Assembly: GCA_000934665.2 (NCBI GenBank)
Contig: KZ537980.1
Span: 62,001-126,000 of the forward strand
Source of the DNA: Catajapyx aquilonaris
Lineage: Eukaryota
Direction of reading: 5' to 3'
DNA: 64,000 nt
A program made the translations under genes and the position numbers. Position 1 is the first letter of the stretch. The number at the start of each line of letters is the position of its first letter. Of the stretch, positions 40,756 through 53,293 are shown piece after piece. The notes beneath the pieces were generated by a model, which was given only the letters and a program-made list of their open reading frames with translations, searched no databases and was not told the origin of the DNA.

Positions 40756-43067
40756 CTACTGATCCAAGTGAGCAAAGACACGTCTTAGCTTCTCCTTCTT
40801 CTTTTTGTTGTTGTGTTTCTTCCAGGATTTTCCACCGGAAGCTGCAGAACTCAGCGTGTCCATGCTGCTGCCACTGTGCGAGGAATACAATTAGCGTCAG
40901 TCATGTTACTCGTAACAAGTCACTTTACCTGATCATGGTTGGCCCTGCCATCATTCCATTCTTGTAATGAGGCCGAACATGTAGCTTCTCGAAGAATGCT
41001 TTGTCTAACGATTCTGCTGTCACTTGCCCAGTCTGAAGTTTGAGAAAGTACGGTTTACACTTGCACATTATGTTCAGAACAAGGTGTACTTTACCCTCAT
41101 CATTCGTTCCTGAGTCCTTGTCTGCTCCTTTGGCTGAGAGTGACGCTCAGAAAATGTGTGGTACTCTGACTGATCATATCCTGGTGGTGCCACACAGTAT
41201 AGTAACTTGCCGTTAACAAAATCTTTCAAAATATATCGTGATGAGCGTGGGTTATCAGGCAGCCCACGAGCCGTCATAAATCCTCTCATGTCTGCAATAA
41301 TGAAATTATTCACAGATAAGTTTCATAATTTAGTATTTACTATAAATATTGCAAGTCACAGCTTGTCAAACTCACATCCATATGCATTGAGCAGCTCTTC
41401 TGAGGTTGGTGGTCTCTCGGGGTCCTCCTCTTCTTGTGGAGGTGGTAGTATTATCCCGTAAGTCTCTTCAAATATGTGCCTAGGAATCATGTTAGCCACC
41501 AGATTAGTCGCTGGGACATGATCCTGCATACGGTCAACTGGTAAAATGCCGGAGATTATCATTTCTGCTTTTGTGCTCACAAAAGACGGGGTCACCAATC
41601 CAGGGCAGTCACACAGCATCAGCTCATCATCCAAATGTATTGTCTGAAACAAGGAAACAAATGACAGAGAAAAGAAACTTGTCTCCTGCAGAGAAGTTAT
41701 GGTCCTGACAGGTAGGATTTTCCTAGTATTTTCGTTACAAATAGCAGATGCAGGTACTCGTGAAGTAAAACCATGTTGCAGAGTCCTCATACCTGGAAGT
41801 GCTTAGTCTTTCCTGGAGTGGCAGAAACTGACACCTTTTTGTATGTGAGTAAAGAGTTGATAGTTGAACTTTTCCCCACATTCGGATAACCAACAAGGCC
41901 AACTGTTGTCAGGCCAGGTTGAGTCTTTTCGCCAGTGTGAATGGTCTTGAACACACAGATCAATTCATCTCGTGTTAACAACCTTGCTGAATTTCCAGTC
42001 CCAACCTCTTGGTCTAGCAAGGGTTCCTTTGTACTCTCCTCTTCATGTTCGGACTCTTGCAGGGCAGAGAAAAACAGAACTCGTATATTTCTTGATGTGA
42101 AGTAATCAGCCCAAGCCTGACGCTGTGGTTGAGTCAAATAATCTGCTTTGTTTGCCAACACCACGCTCATTTTCTCAGAGCTCACTTCCTTCACATATGC
42201 CTCCAAATCCTCACAGTGGAACAAAAGCGGGTTTCTTGCGTCGACGATCTGCACTACCACATCGCTGAAATCACAAATTTCAATCAAACCTCCAGCTGAC
42301 ATATGCTTCATGGCTTAATCGTAACTAAAATAAATCATCAGGTATGTGTTGTAGTTACAATGTGCAGCAAACAGCATACCTCTTTTCAATGACACGCCAA
42401 AGTTGCCTCCAAAACTCCAAGTTCTTTTCATATGGCGTAAGAATAATTCCTTCCACTTCCTGCAGCTGAGCCAGCGACCGCCTCCATTTCAGAAACGATT
42501 CTCTCTCTTGCGCCTGCAGTTCCTCCGCTGGCATGTCATAAGTCCAGTGAGGTCTGAAAAATGCACCAATGTAACACAATTCACGGAAATAACCACGAGG
42601 CAACTTACTTGCGAGGAATGTTGAGGCATTTTTTGTGTCCTTCTTGAGTTGAAGAAATCTTGGCTTTCTCCTCGGCGGTGAGTATCCCAATTCGACTGGA
42701 CGCTTGTACAAATGTCACGTTTAGCTTCTCCGCCTGGAAATGATGTAATGTAATGCGTGTTGTACCAATATTTTACGCTCATGCGCAAACCTCAAATTCA
42801 GTCCCTGCGAGCTCAGCAGTTGCCAGGAAGTCATGGAACGAGCTATTCTCTGTGACTGACTGCAGGTTGAGTCTTCCCCAGTCATACCCATCCTCCAGAT
42901 CTGCCGTATGAAGCTGAAAAAGAAGACAAAAGTGAGGCATTCCACAGTCTGTAACAAATAGATAAGATATTTACGAATGAGCCCTTGGTGTGGACCCTCT
43001 TCTTCCCTCCTCCGAAGCGATCCTTGATGATGGCCTTGCCCAGCGTTGAAGAGCCCTTCTTCCCCAT
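40756..43067 (-). CDS. LSG1: Large subunit GTPase 1 homolog (circularly permuted GTPase, 60S maturation), multi-exon
   Basis: Starts MGKKGSSTLGKAIIKDRF. Contains LTPYEKNLEFWRQLWRVIE, DVVVQIVDARNPL, G4 NKAD, G1 GYPNVGKSST, TPGKTKHFQ, G3 DCPG and ILKDFVNGKLLYC. Ends KKEKLRRVFAHLDQ* (TAG at 40758-40756). Introns checked are GT-AG. Confidence 0.96.
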
Positions 43068-43714
43068 GGTTATTCAGGCAAACTGATGTGAATACTGGAT
43101 CAGAAGGACAGCAATATTAATAGAAAAAACAACGTGCCACTCTGCGCCACATTGCACCACAATCGACGATGCTATCGATTTTACATTACTTCCGATCATT
43201 TATGACGAAAATGTTGCCAGTATATCTCCACCTGATAGTATCGTCCATGCCGGGCAATTCGAAAATAAATTCTGTGAATGAAAAATGTCCTTACAGACAC
43301 GTGTACGACACTGCAATAAAAGCGTGTTTGTTTTGCATATTAAAACAGCTTGTCACACTCAAGAAGTGCTTAAGTTGGGATGGGTTACGCAACAATTTCA
43401 TGCTAAAATGCCATCATTTTTATTCGTCAAACATCTGCTCCATTATTTCACCAACCACATTTTATGAAAATAAAGGCTCTACAATTTGTAACAAGTTTAA
43501 AAGGAATGTCAGCTACACTTTTTCCACATATTATGGCACAGTACAACATGCTTACCAAGTATGAAAAAAAAAGACAATTCACAAAAATTACCAAATCAAA
43601 TGTAACTTTTAGGTTCTGGAATGAAAATTTAATATCTTAGGCATCACCGACCTAATTGCTCTTAAGCCCTGATGATAAACAGTCAATTTAAGTTAAGCAC
43701 ACCATTGACATTAA

Positions 43715-46700
43715 TTAATTAGAGCTCGCCATCCTAGTTTTGGACTTGATCATATCGATGACATCTGCTGCTGCTTCGGGAATCTTCGTACCTGAAAATA
43801 ATGCGTACATTTCACCATTTGCAGGTCACTCGTAATACAGATAAGAACCTACCAGGAGTAAATATTGCACTGACTCCAGCTGCATAAAGGCCATCGTAAT
43901 CCTGTGGCGGAATGACTCCTCCACATATGACCAGGATGTCAGGCCGACCCATCTCCTTCAAGACCTGCACCAGCTGGGGCACTAAAGTTCGATGAGCTGC
44001 CGCAAGAGTTGAAATGCCAACTGCATGGACATCCGCATCAACTGCTTGCTGGGCTACCTCCTCTGGTGTCTGCATAAAAACAATATTTTAAAATGATGAT
44101 CCATTTCATTAACAGCTGTACTATACCTGAAAAAGGGGGCCAATATCTACATCAAATCCAAGGTCTGCAAAGCCAGTGGCAATGACTTTTGCACCCCTGT
44201 CATGTCCATCTTGACCCATTTTGGCCACAAGAATACGTGGCCTCCGACCCTCGCTCTCGTAAAACTCATTTGATTTCTTGATAACTCTATCAAGCTCTCC
44301 TTCATCGCCATGTTCAGCTCTGTATGCTCCCGACACCAGCTTGTCATTTGCGACATGGCGTCCAAACACCTAATAAGCAAATCATAAAACATTTTCACCA
44401 AAGGCAAATTACTGACGATCTTCATGCTGCACTACGGATGACTTCAGCATCCTGATTAAAACATGCAGGGACTAAGAGTGTGGAAGTAACAGTAATGAAC
44501 ATGTAGATGGCCTGCAAATAACTGCATCCTTTCATACCTTTTCCATGGCATAGCTGATCTCTCCGACAGTGCATCTCGCCCTAGCTGCATCCACTGCCAA
44601 GGCCAGCAGATTCCCATCTTTGCTCTGTGCGCTTTCAGTCAGTGCATCCAGGCAACTCTGCACTTTCTTGTCATCCCGCTGCTCTTTGATCTGCAAACAC
44701 AATGGAAATATTGTTACGGTACTTTACAAGTGGCATCTCATGTAGTTCACTTAATTTAGAGCTGAAATAAATTTACCTTCTTGAGCTTGTTGACCTGTGA
44801 GTTTAGTACAGCTTTGTTGTCAATAATGAGGACATCAAGAGGATCCTCCTTCTCAAGTCTGTATTTGTTCACTCCAACAATCACCTCTGACAATCACACA
44901 CATAAAATGTCAAGGTTTCCATACTCATGTAACAGGGTGAATTGATATACTAATTTCTTAATCAGAATAATACCAACCTTTTTCACTGTCAATCATGGCC
45001 TGCCTCTTGGCAGCACATTCCTCGATCTTCATCTTAGGCCATCCCGAGGCAACAGCCTTAGCCATACCACCCATCCCCTCAACTTCATCAATAATCTCCT
45101 TTCCTTTATGATAAACTTCTTCTGTGAGGGATTCCATCAGGTAGGAGCCAGCCCAGGGATCAACTACTTTGGGTATCCCAGTCTCCTCCTGCAAAATGAT
45201 CTGCGTGTTGCGAGCTATGCGAGATGAGAATGCGGATGGGAGGGCCAAAGCCTCATCAAATGCATTGGTGTGAAGAGACTGGGTGCCTCCGAAAACAGCA
45301 GCCATGGCTTCCACTGTGGTCCGAACTATGTTATTGTATGGATCCTGCTCGGTCAAAGACCAACCAGAAGTCTGGGAGTGAGTCCGGAGCATCAAGGACT
45401 TTTCCTTCTTGGGTGAGAAATTCTCCTTCACTAAATTGGCCCACAAACGACGAGCAGCCCGCATTTTGGCAATTTCCTAGAAAATAATTGCATGGGAAAT
45501 ATTATTCAATACAATTTATCAAATTAAAGCATATAATTTATTAGGATTCCATTGCACATGACCTGAGCTCTGTCAAATCCTAAACAGTGCCTGAAATTAG
45601 CTTACCATGTAAAAGTTCATTCCAATGCCCCAGAAAAAGGACAGTCTCGGAGCAAATTCGTCAATACTCATCCCAGCGTTAAGTCCAGTCCGGCAGTATT
45701 CAAGACCATCAGCTATTGTAAATGCCATTTCCAAAGTAGCCGTAGCCCCTGCCTCCTGGATATGATATCCTGAGATGCTGATCGAATTAAATTTTGGCAT
45801 AGTCTGGAAACCACACAAATAGCTTGACTCATATCATCACAAGATGAAGGTGTAGTCTGTACGATACCTTTGAAACATAACTAAAAATATTTCCTATGAT
45901 CCGCATGGATGGCTCAGGTGGATATATGTATGTGTTTCGCACCATAAATTCCTTCAGAATGTCATTCTGAATGGTCCCAGACAACTGCTCCGGCTTAACA
46001 CCCTGCAACGGAAAACCAGGCATGTCCACTATCTGAATTACCTATTGTCTGTATAAACCTACCTGCTCTTCAGCAGCCACAATAAACATTGCTAGCACTG
46101 GAATGACAGCCCCATTCATGGTCATGGACACAGACATCTTTTCAAGTGGAATTCCATCAAACAGGACCTTCATATCTTCCACCGAGTCTATTGCAACACC
46201 AGCCATCCCCACATCACCTTGGACCCTCACATTGTCCGAATCGTAGCCACAATGAGTAGCAAGGTCAAAGGCGACACTCAGACCCTGCTGTCCTGCCTTA
46301 ATGTTTTTTCGATAGAAGCGATTGCTCTCTTCCACGGTGCTGAACCCAGCGTACTGACGAATAGTCCATGGCCGATGAGAATACATGGTAACATGTGGAC
46401 CCCGAGTGTACGGAAAGGCTCCTGGAAGCTCCTCTTTAAGGCTGCAAGTGAATACCTTATCACTTCCTTACCGACTGTCTAAATAGCGACTAGATCGAAA
46501 GAGGTGTAAATATATCCCACCCTTTAATGTCATGTTGGGTGTAAATCGGTTTGATTGTAATTTCTTCTTGTGTTTTCCAGTTAAGAGTGGCTGGATCTCT
46601 CTTTCCCTTCAGCTCTTTGTTGGCCATAGCCACCCATTCCGGATGGAGTGTTGACGCATGACGACTACTTGCCTGAACCTTGCCCAACTGAAATTTGACA

Positions 46701-46804
46701 AAACAACGGTGAAGCATACAGAGAAATTGTACCCACAGTGCCACACTCACACATGTAAGAAGCCTAAAACTCCTGACTCCTCGTCCGCTGAGATAAGCCA
46801 TCAT
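43715..46804 (-). CDS. MMUT: Methylmalonyl-CoA mutase, mitochondrial (adenosylcobalamin-dependent), multi-exon
   Basis: [63 protein letters not shown], cobalamin-binding [10 protein letters not shown] (DxHxxG), [12 protein letters not shown]. Arg-rich acid-free N-terminus [16 protein letters not shown]. Start at 46804 or 46801 is inferred; stop TAA at 43717-43715. Confidence 0.96.
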
Positions 46805-47293
46805 TGCGCTTACTACGGCATTGACATAAGTACAATATGCTGCCTTCCTGCAACCAGACAATTTAATTACTCCAGCTGCAATCATGCGGTCAGACTGAAG
46901 GTCATACTCAGCGTACAGAGAGTACTTACGCAGTGAGTGAAGTAGCAGCCACCTGTGAAGGAAAATAATCGCAGGGAACAGCTGGACTGGTCGAGTCGCA
47001 TTCTGGCGGCTGTAACAGTCGTTCCTTACTCATGAACCACAAAAAAATACGAATATTCTGACAACAAATCGTAATAAACGTAATGTTATTTAAGAAAAAT
47101 TTATTTTGAATCTCAAAAAATGTTGCACATTTAAACTTATTTCTTCAGGCTACACAACAGGGTCTCATATTGGTAGAGATTACCCACACTTTTTTTGAAG
47201 ACACTTTAGGCTATCTGTCTCATCAGGGATTCATTTAATTATTAATTACTAATAATTACTAAGTAAATCCTTTGTCCCGTGTATTGTTCGGTT

Positions 47294-49019
47294 CTACCAC
47301 ACGCGACACTTGTGAACTGGGTTCATGGGGGTGCCTGCTGGACATTTAAAATCTCGAGCAAATTCTGGTGAGTTGGACACGCTTCCTATGACTCTAAATC
47401 TGTTTGGAGCGTGTTCGTCGTACAGCATCTGGCGACGAAGGTGCTGAGGTCTCTGTACACCGCACCAGATGGAACCGAAGCTGATCCAGAAGAGTTGCTT
47501 CTGGTCGTAAAACAGTCCAGGAAGCAATTGTTCGGGTCCTTTCTCTGAGACCCATTTGTTGTAAGCTCTGTATGCTTCTCTCACACCTCCATTGTCAGCC
47601 ACGTTCTCTCCTTGGGTGTTGTAACCATTTACCTTTTTTTAAAATTAAAACTGGTTTTATTTTTAATATATAAATTGCAATGGACAGGTTGCTTACCTGC
47701 ATTTCTACTTCTGTGGAAGTGTAGTTGCCGTATTGCCATATCATGCACCTGATTTTGTCCAGATATTCTTTTTTGGTGCTTTCTTGCCACCAGGAGTTCA
47801 GGTTGCCGTCCTTGTCAAACTGGGAGCCTCCGTCATCGAAGCCGTGGGTTAGCTCGTGACCTATAATGCTTCCGATTGAACCATAGTTCATGTATCGAGG
47901 ACGGTCGTTGGAGAAGAACAGCCCTTGAAATATACCTGCAGGGAATTCTGGGGGGGNNNNNNNNNNNNNNNNNNNNNNNNNNNNNNNNNNNNNNNNNNNN
48001 NNNNNNNNNNNNNNNNNNNNNNNNNNNNNNGTTTTTTGTTTGGTGGGGGGGGGGGAATGGCCTGTCAGACACTGTACTCTTAACAGTTAACCAGTATTAT
48101 AACTTGGAATGTACTGCACCTATGCTGTTCTCAAGGTAGTGCTGAAATGCGTTGACCTCGGTTACATCAGCATGCTCGTTCCATGCTGTTTTATTCACCA
48201 AGTCATTCAGAGTACTGAACAGGCCTTCTGTCATAACTTGATCCATGACTAACAAGTTTGCGAAGTATGTATCCGGATTTATTGCAAACTGGAAATAAAA
48301 GTGATCACATTCATTGCATGAATATGAACACAACATAATTATGTGCGGCATGGGACTCATAAAATTATTGTACTTACATCCTCGTAGTATTCATTGAGAA
48401 GAGAGTTGTTTAAAAGTTCAACAGGATATCCAGTGTGCGTTTCCATTGCCTTCATTTTCTCTTCAGCTTCTCTCCTGTAATGAAATGTTGTTTTTTATGC
48501 TGGTATGGTCAATCATGTAAGTGCCATTGGTAAAGAATCAAAGTTCACTTGGTGTCTGGATCCATCCACGTGACCTCGTCCAAAATCGTCATGAATTCTT
48601 CACGTAATCGTCGAAACATCTCAACTGCCTCCTCTTTGGCTTCCTCTTTAAAATATTTTCTCACATACAACGCTCCTACACCTGCATCAAAACTAACGAA
48701 ATAATTGATCATACTGAATCATACTGAATACTGCAAAATATGTCTATTTGACTGAGGTGCAAAGTGTCTTTAGTAGGACAGTATAAACCATTAAGTAACT
48801 CACTATTTGGCGGTCATTTGAGTGCATGTCTTCCAGCGTGGTTCTTGTGAAGTAGTTCCAGTGATGTTGGCAAAGTATTCTTGAGAAATACTACGGGCTT
48901 GCTCCGTAGTTCGACTCATGTACTGTTCTAAGAAGTTCGCCATCAAGGAATTCGCCACAACTCTATACAAAACGAAGAAAATGGCAACATGTAATTAATT
49001 AAATAATGTCACAAGAAAA

Positions 49020-49094
<75 letters not shown>

Positions 49095-50469
49095 CCTCTT
49101 GTCCGTGCTTTCCAGGAAGCTGTCAAGTTTCTTCAAATATTCTGGGACTTGTACGATGACTTCGTCCTCTTCATCCAATTTGTCGTCTTCAGGTAAAAAG
49201 GAATTCAACAGAGACAACCAGGAAATTGACGGAAGTTTTTCCTCTAGTTGTTCGATAGAGATTAGGTTGTACTGCTCCGTGAAATCGCGAAGGTCGTACT
49301 TGGGAGTGCTGATCTATAAGGGGGACAAGGTCTGGTCAATTTTCGCGATCGTATACATGGACCCAGTTTCAATCAACGAACATTAGAGATTCCAACTTCA
49401 AAGTTGATGGCTTCAGCCACTTCTTTCTGTGCTCTTTCCAGGTCAGCTCCCAAAAGGACGGCCATGCGAACATGATAATTAAAATCGGATGGTATGTCCT
49501 TGTCACCTATTCCAGAAAATGACAAGACAGGCTGATCAATCTGTAACGAACATCAGTTATAATATGTACCGTACATGTACAATGTGTAGAGTATAAGTAT
49601 CAAGGAATTTTAAATATTCAGCACAAAGATCACCTGCATCATATTCGCACTGTTGTTCTTCAGGTCTTGCGAAATGTAAATGGTAAGCAGCAATGTACTC
49701 ATGGCACCAAGTTGTTTTGTTTTCAAAACGAAATCTTGCCACCTAAAATTGTCTTCATCCCAATCGTCTCCAGACAACAATGGCCAACCTCCCAACTGCG
49801 CAATAATGTCTAATATCGGGTCAAGTCCCACTTCCTCAATTTTACCTGCAATTATTTTCGCACTGTATATACTGTAGGTTACATATCACAATTACTTGTT
49901 AGTGTCTTTTTAGTTTTGTTACCTGTGTCCATGCAAGATTTGTAGAAGTTTTTGACCTTCACTACAAATTGTGGGTCATCACCTTGGATGTCATTTTTCA
50001 GCAGTAGGTGTATCTTCTGATTGACAATCTCCCTTACTTCAGTGTAGAGTGACATATCGGTCTTGTCCTCTGGTATTTCATGTGTGAGGGGGTACCGCCC
50101 ACACACAAACGAGTAGAAATCTTGGCAAGGATCCGTGTTCTGATCCATGTTTCTCAATATTTCTGCAGCTGGCGATTGGTATATAAATCATTTACAGACA
50201 AGCATTAATTATTTCAAAACATTTCGGCATACATGTCATGACGCATCCTTCTGTGGTGCACAATTCCTCCAGATTTCTAGGCCCAAAATCTCGAAGTGCA
50301 GCATTGTAGCCCCCTGCAGCAAAAATGAGCAAAGTTGACATGATGAAGTCGATCAAGCAGATTATTACTTACCAGAGGAAAATTTGTAATGCCCCTTGAA
50401 CAAGGTGGCAGTGAAGACTCCCTGGATCAGGTATAGCACCAGAATATCTACGAATAACCACTTTTCCAT
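47294..50469 (-). CDS. Neprilysin-like M13 zinc metallopeptidase, paralog A, probably secreted; multi-exon
   Basis: N-terminus [20 protein letters not shown] (signal-like). Motifs [45 protein letters not shown] (HExxH), [14 protein letters not shown], and C-terminal [16 protein letters not shown]. Confidence 0.93.
47957..48030. other. Assembly gap (74 N) between poly-G runs, inside an intron of M13 paralog A
   Basis: Run of N seen directly; exons on either side join in frame ([13 protein letters not shown]). Confidence 0.97.
49021..49092. repeat. (TTA)24 microsatellite in an intron of M13 paralog A
   Basis: Perfect TTA repeat. It lies within intron 48963-49095 and starts immediately after the minus-strand donor GTA. 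Confidence 0.97.
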
Positions 50470-53293
50470 CAAGATCCAGATCCGACAACTTTTCCTCTAA
50501 TTATCGACTGTCCCATTTCCCATTCGTGTCGTGCTATAAACTGCAAGATCATCTACGAAATGTTGTTGCACATCAAGAACAATACGAGTCTGGGCATACA
50601 CTAACCTGGCACCGCGATATTGTCTCCGCTAGGAATGTGTGATATCACCAGTTCATGGAAATACCAAACGCAGACATTGCCATCCCTCGTCACACTCGCG
50701 TGAGATTCCGCTCAGGTGTATAGACAAAATATGTTGTGTGTGATGGATGCGGGCATCCTCTAGACTCGCACGAGGTTCAATGATGCAGGACTTCATTCTT
50801 TCCCACTCTGTCGAGTTTCGTGACGGCGGTCATGTAGCCACCTAAGGATGCAACAATGGATCCTCTCGATTGCGTAAGGGCCTGGACATTTCCGCAAAAA
50901 TAAAATGCAGAGAGGGGTGAAAAAAACATTCGGCATCATGCGATGCTTTAAGGACATCCTGGCGAAGTGTCATGTGTATTATTCCAAGCCCACGCTATAC
51001 AGTGTGGTGAAATTTTGTTGATAAAGAAAAATAAAGTCGTTCTGCTCTATAAAGAGGTTTCACAACTTGGGATTTTTTTTAAAGGACGTCACTACAGGTT
51101 ATATATTATGTCCTACTCTGAAAAGATATATGACAGAAAGTAATTCTCCTGACACCAATCACAGTATGTCGTGCAATTCATGCTTCTCCAAAAAATAAAA
51201 ATAAAGTGTCACTTAGTTTTGCCCTGCCCTTGCACGCAAATTGTGACCATGTGATAGTTGGTGTGACTGGTCCGGAAGCCAGTCTGGCACAAGGTTGCTC
51301 AGAATAAGTACCACTTACCTTTTTTGTGTGTGTAGTACAGGACTGCGATGTTGGAGTACTTGTCACGATAAAAATGGTAACATGTTGTTACTGGCTTCCT
51401 TGCCATTGTAAGAAACTATATGTTACGCCAAGAGTTACTCACAATAATTTTTGTCATGTATCTTTTCTTGTGCAGATTATATTCAGTTTTCAGTTTTTTT
51501 AGTAACTCAATTCCTATATGTAAAGGAAATGCTCTTCTGTCACACATGATGGCCTCTTTTTAATAAAATCGCAATGTTCAGATATTTGCATAAAAGACTC
51601 CAACCATCAGCTGTCAATTTTCACACGACGCCCATTCATACTTTTGAAACTTTATTACGCAATGCTACATGATTTGTTTTTATAAACCCATTATTCCACA
51701 CGCATATGAATATGGCAAGGGTATGACCACTTTCATATTGGTTCATGTAGCTTCACGGAACCTTTGATCATAATCTAATATTGTTCCTACTTGTCAGCAA
51801 AAAAACAAAAAAGCTGACATGTGGTCAGAGATGAACCTTCCATTAAGGATTACATGTTGTGACATGGTAATAAAACATGATGCTACACTGGTCATGAGTC
51901 ATGAGTCTCATGACTAACAATAAAGAGTGAGAATAACTCTCAAGAGCATAAAATGCCTGGGTTGGTGATGAGAAAAGATGGAAGAGCCTATGAATGAGAA
52001 GTGAATGAGAACGATGAGAAGGAGAACATCTCTGGATACAATCATCGTAGTCAGCAAAATAATGTTATCTGTGCGCATTTTCATTTATTGTTGCAATCGA
52101 TTGATTTTGATTGGGAATAGACCAGTTGTTGGCATTGTCTGGGCTTGCACGATTTGTTTATTTTTAATCTTATTTTTAAAAGACCATACGATGTCACCTT
52201 TTTAGCCATTGTCTTGTCTGGGTCTTGCTAATCGCCTCCATCAATCAATGTAAGTCACATTGTTATGGTCATTCTATGAGATTTTCTGGATGCATCTTTG
52301 TAGGTGTCTTTGGTCAAGAAGCAGTAGGAGAAAGCAGTTGTAACATCACCCACCTGGAGCTCCCACTGCTTCAAGTGATCATTGCAATTATCTCTCACCA
52401 AACTGGCAACCTCGGCAACCTCTTAATCATTGTGCAGACTACTCTGGCTAAGACACAAACGGAAAGGTCATCAACCACAATCAACTGATCTGATTTATCC
52501 AAGGTTATAGAAATTTGGAAGTTTTGTTACATACATTTTTACTAGACAACAGCATAAAGTAATTTATGCATTGCCTGACAAGTATGGTTTCACCAATAAG
52601 GACATAACTGAAAGTCATGCCTTAATTCATTTTCACTCACATTATTTCCATTGGCAACTGCAAAATTTGTGTTGCATGTCAAATTAATCAGGTTTGTACT
52701 CGTGAATGACCGTTTATATTTTCAGGTTTGTTAAATTATTTTTATCAAAATCCTTAAAAAACTACATAATGTATCTGACTACTACTTGGTACTGGACTCA
52801 ATCACCTTAATGAAACTTGCTGTTGCCACAATTGAGTCCTTCAATATACACCGATGTCCTCCAGGGAATCCTCAGAAAAGCAGGCACAACAGATGGTGAC
52901 TTACTCATTTCCTAGATTTTCAGTTGAAATGGTTAGGAGTTATTTACACAGGAATAGCCAATAGCAACATGAAAATGGACATAAAACCCGAAGAGATTCA
53001 GGAAATGTTCGGCCATTTGCAGGAAAACTCCATAGTTTTAAAAAAAAGAAGTCACAAATTGGTTTTTCCCTCCCCAGTCAAAATTGCTGGCATTTTTGAC
53101 AATACAAGTGTCAACACACATACCTTTTTGTTATCATACTTGTCGAATCTATACAATTTTGCAACTACCCTCTAACAAATTTAACCAAAAATAAAAAACT
53201 AACACCAACAGAAAAGAGAGTGGCTCTTTATTAATTTTTCTGTGTATTGGTCGTAGGAAAATTAACACACAATAAGCTCACAAAGTCCCATCA

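Noticed and set aside
41644..41790. Possible H/ACA snoRNA in the longer Lsg1 intron (a NIFK intron 1 candidate was also considered)
   Set aside because: Box-like words are present, but I could not establish the two-hairpin structure or an rRNA target. This needs snoReport or Infernal.
49006..49386. Poly-Leu ORF (+) and poly-Asn ORF (-)
   Set aside because: Translation artefacts of the intronic (TTA)24 repeat.
51950..52500. Coding-looking degenerate sequence between M13-A and NIFK
   Set aside because: Frames are interrupted and I recognised no transposase, RT or host motif.
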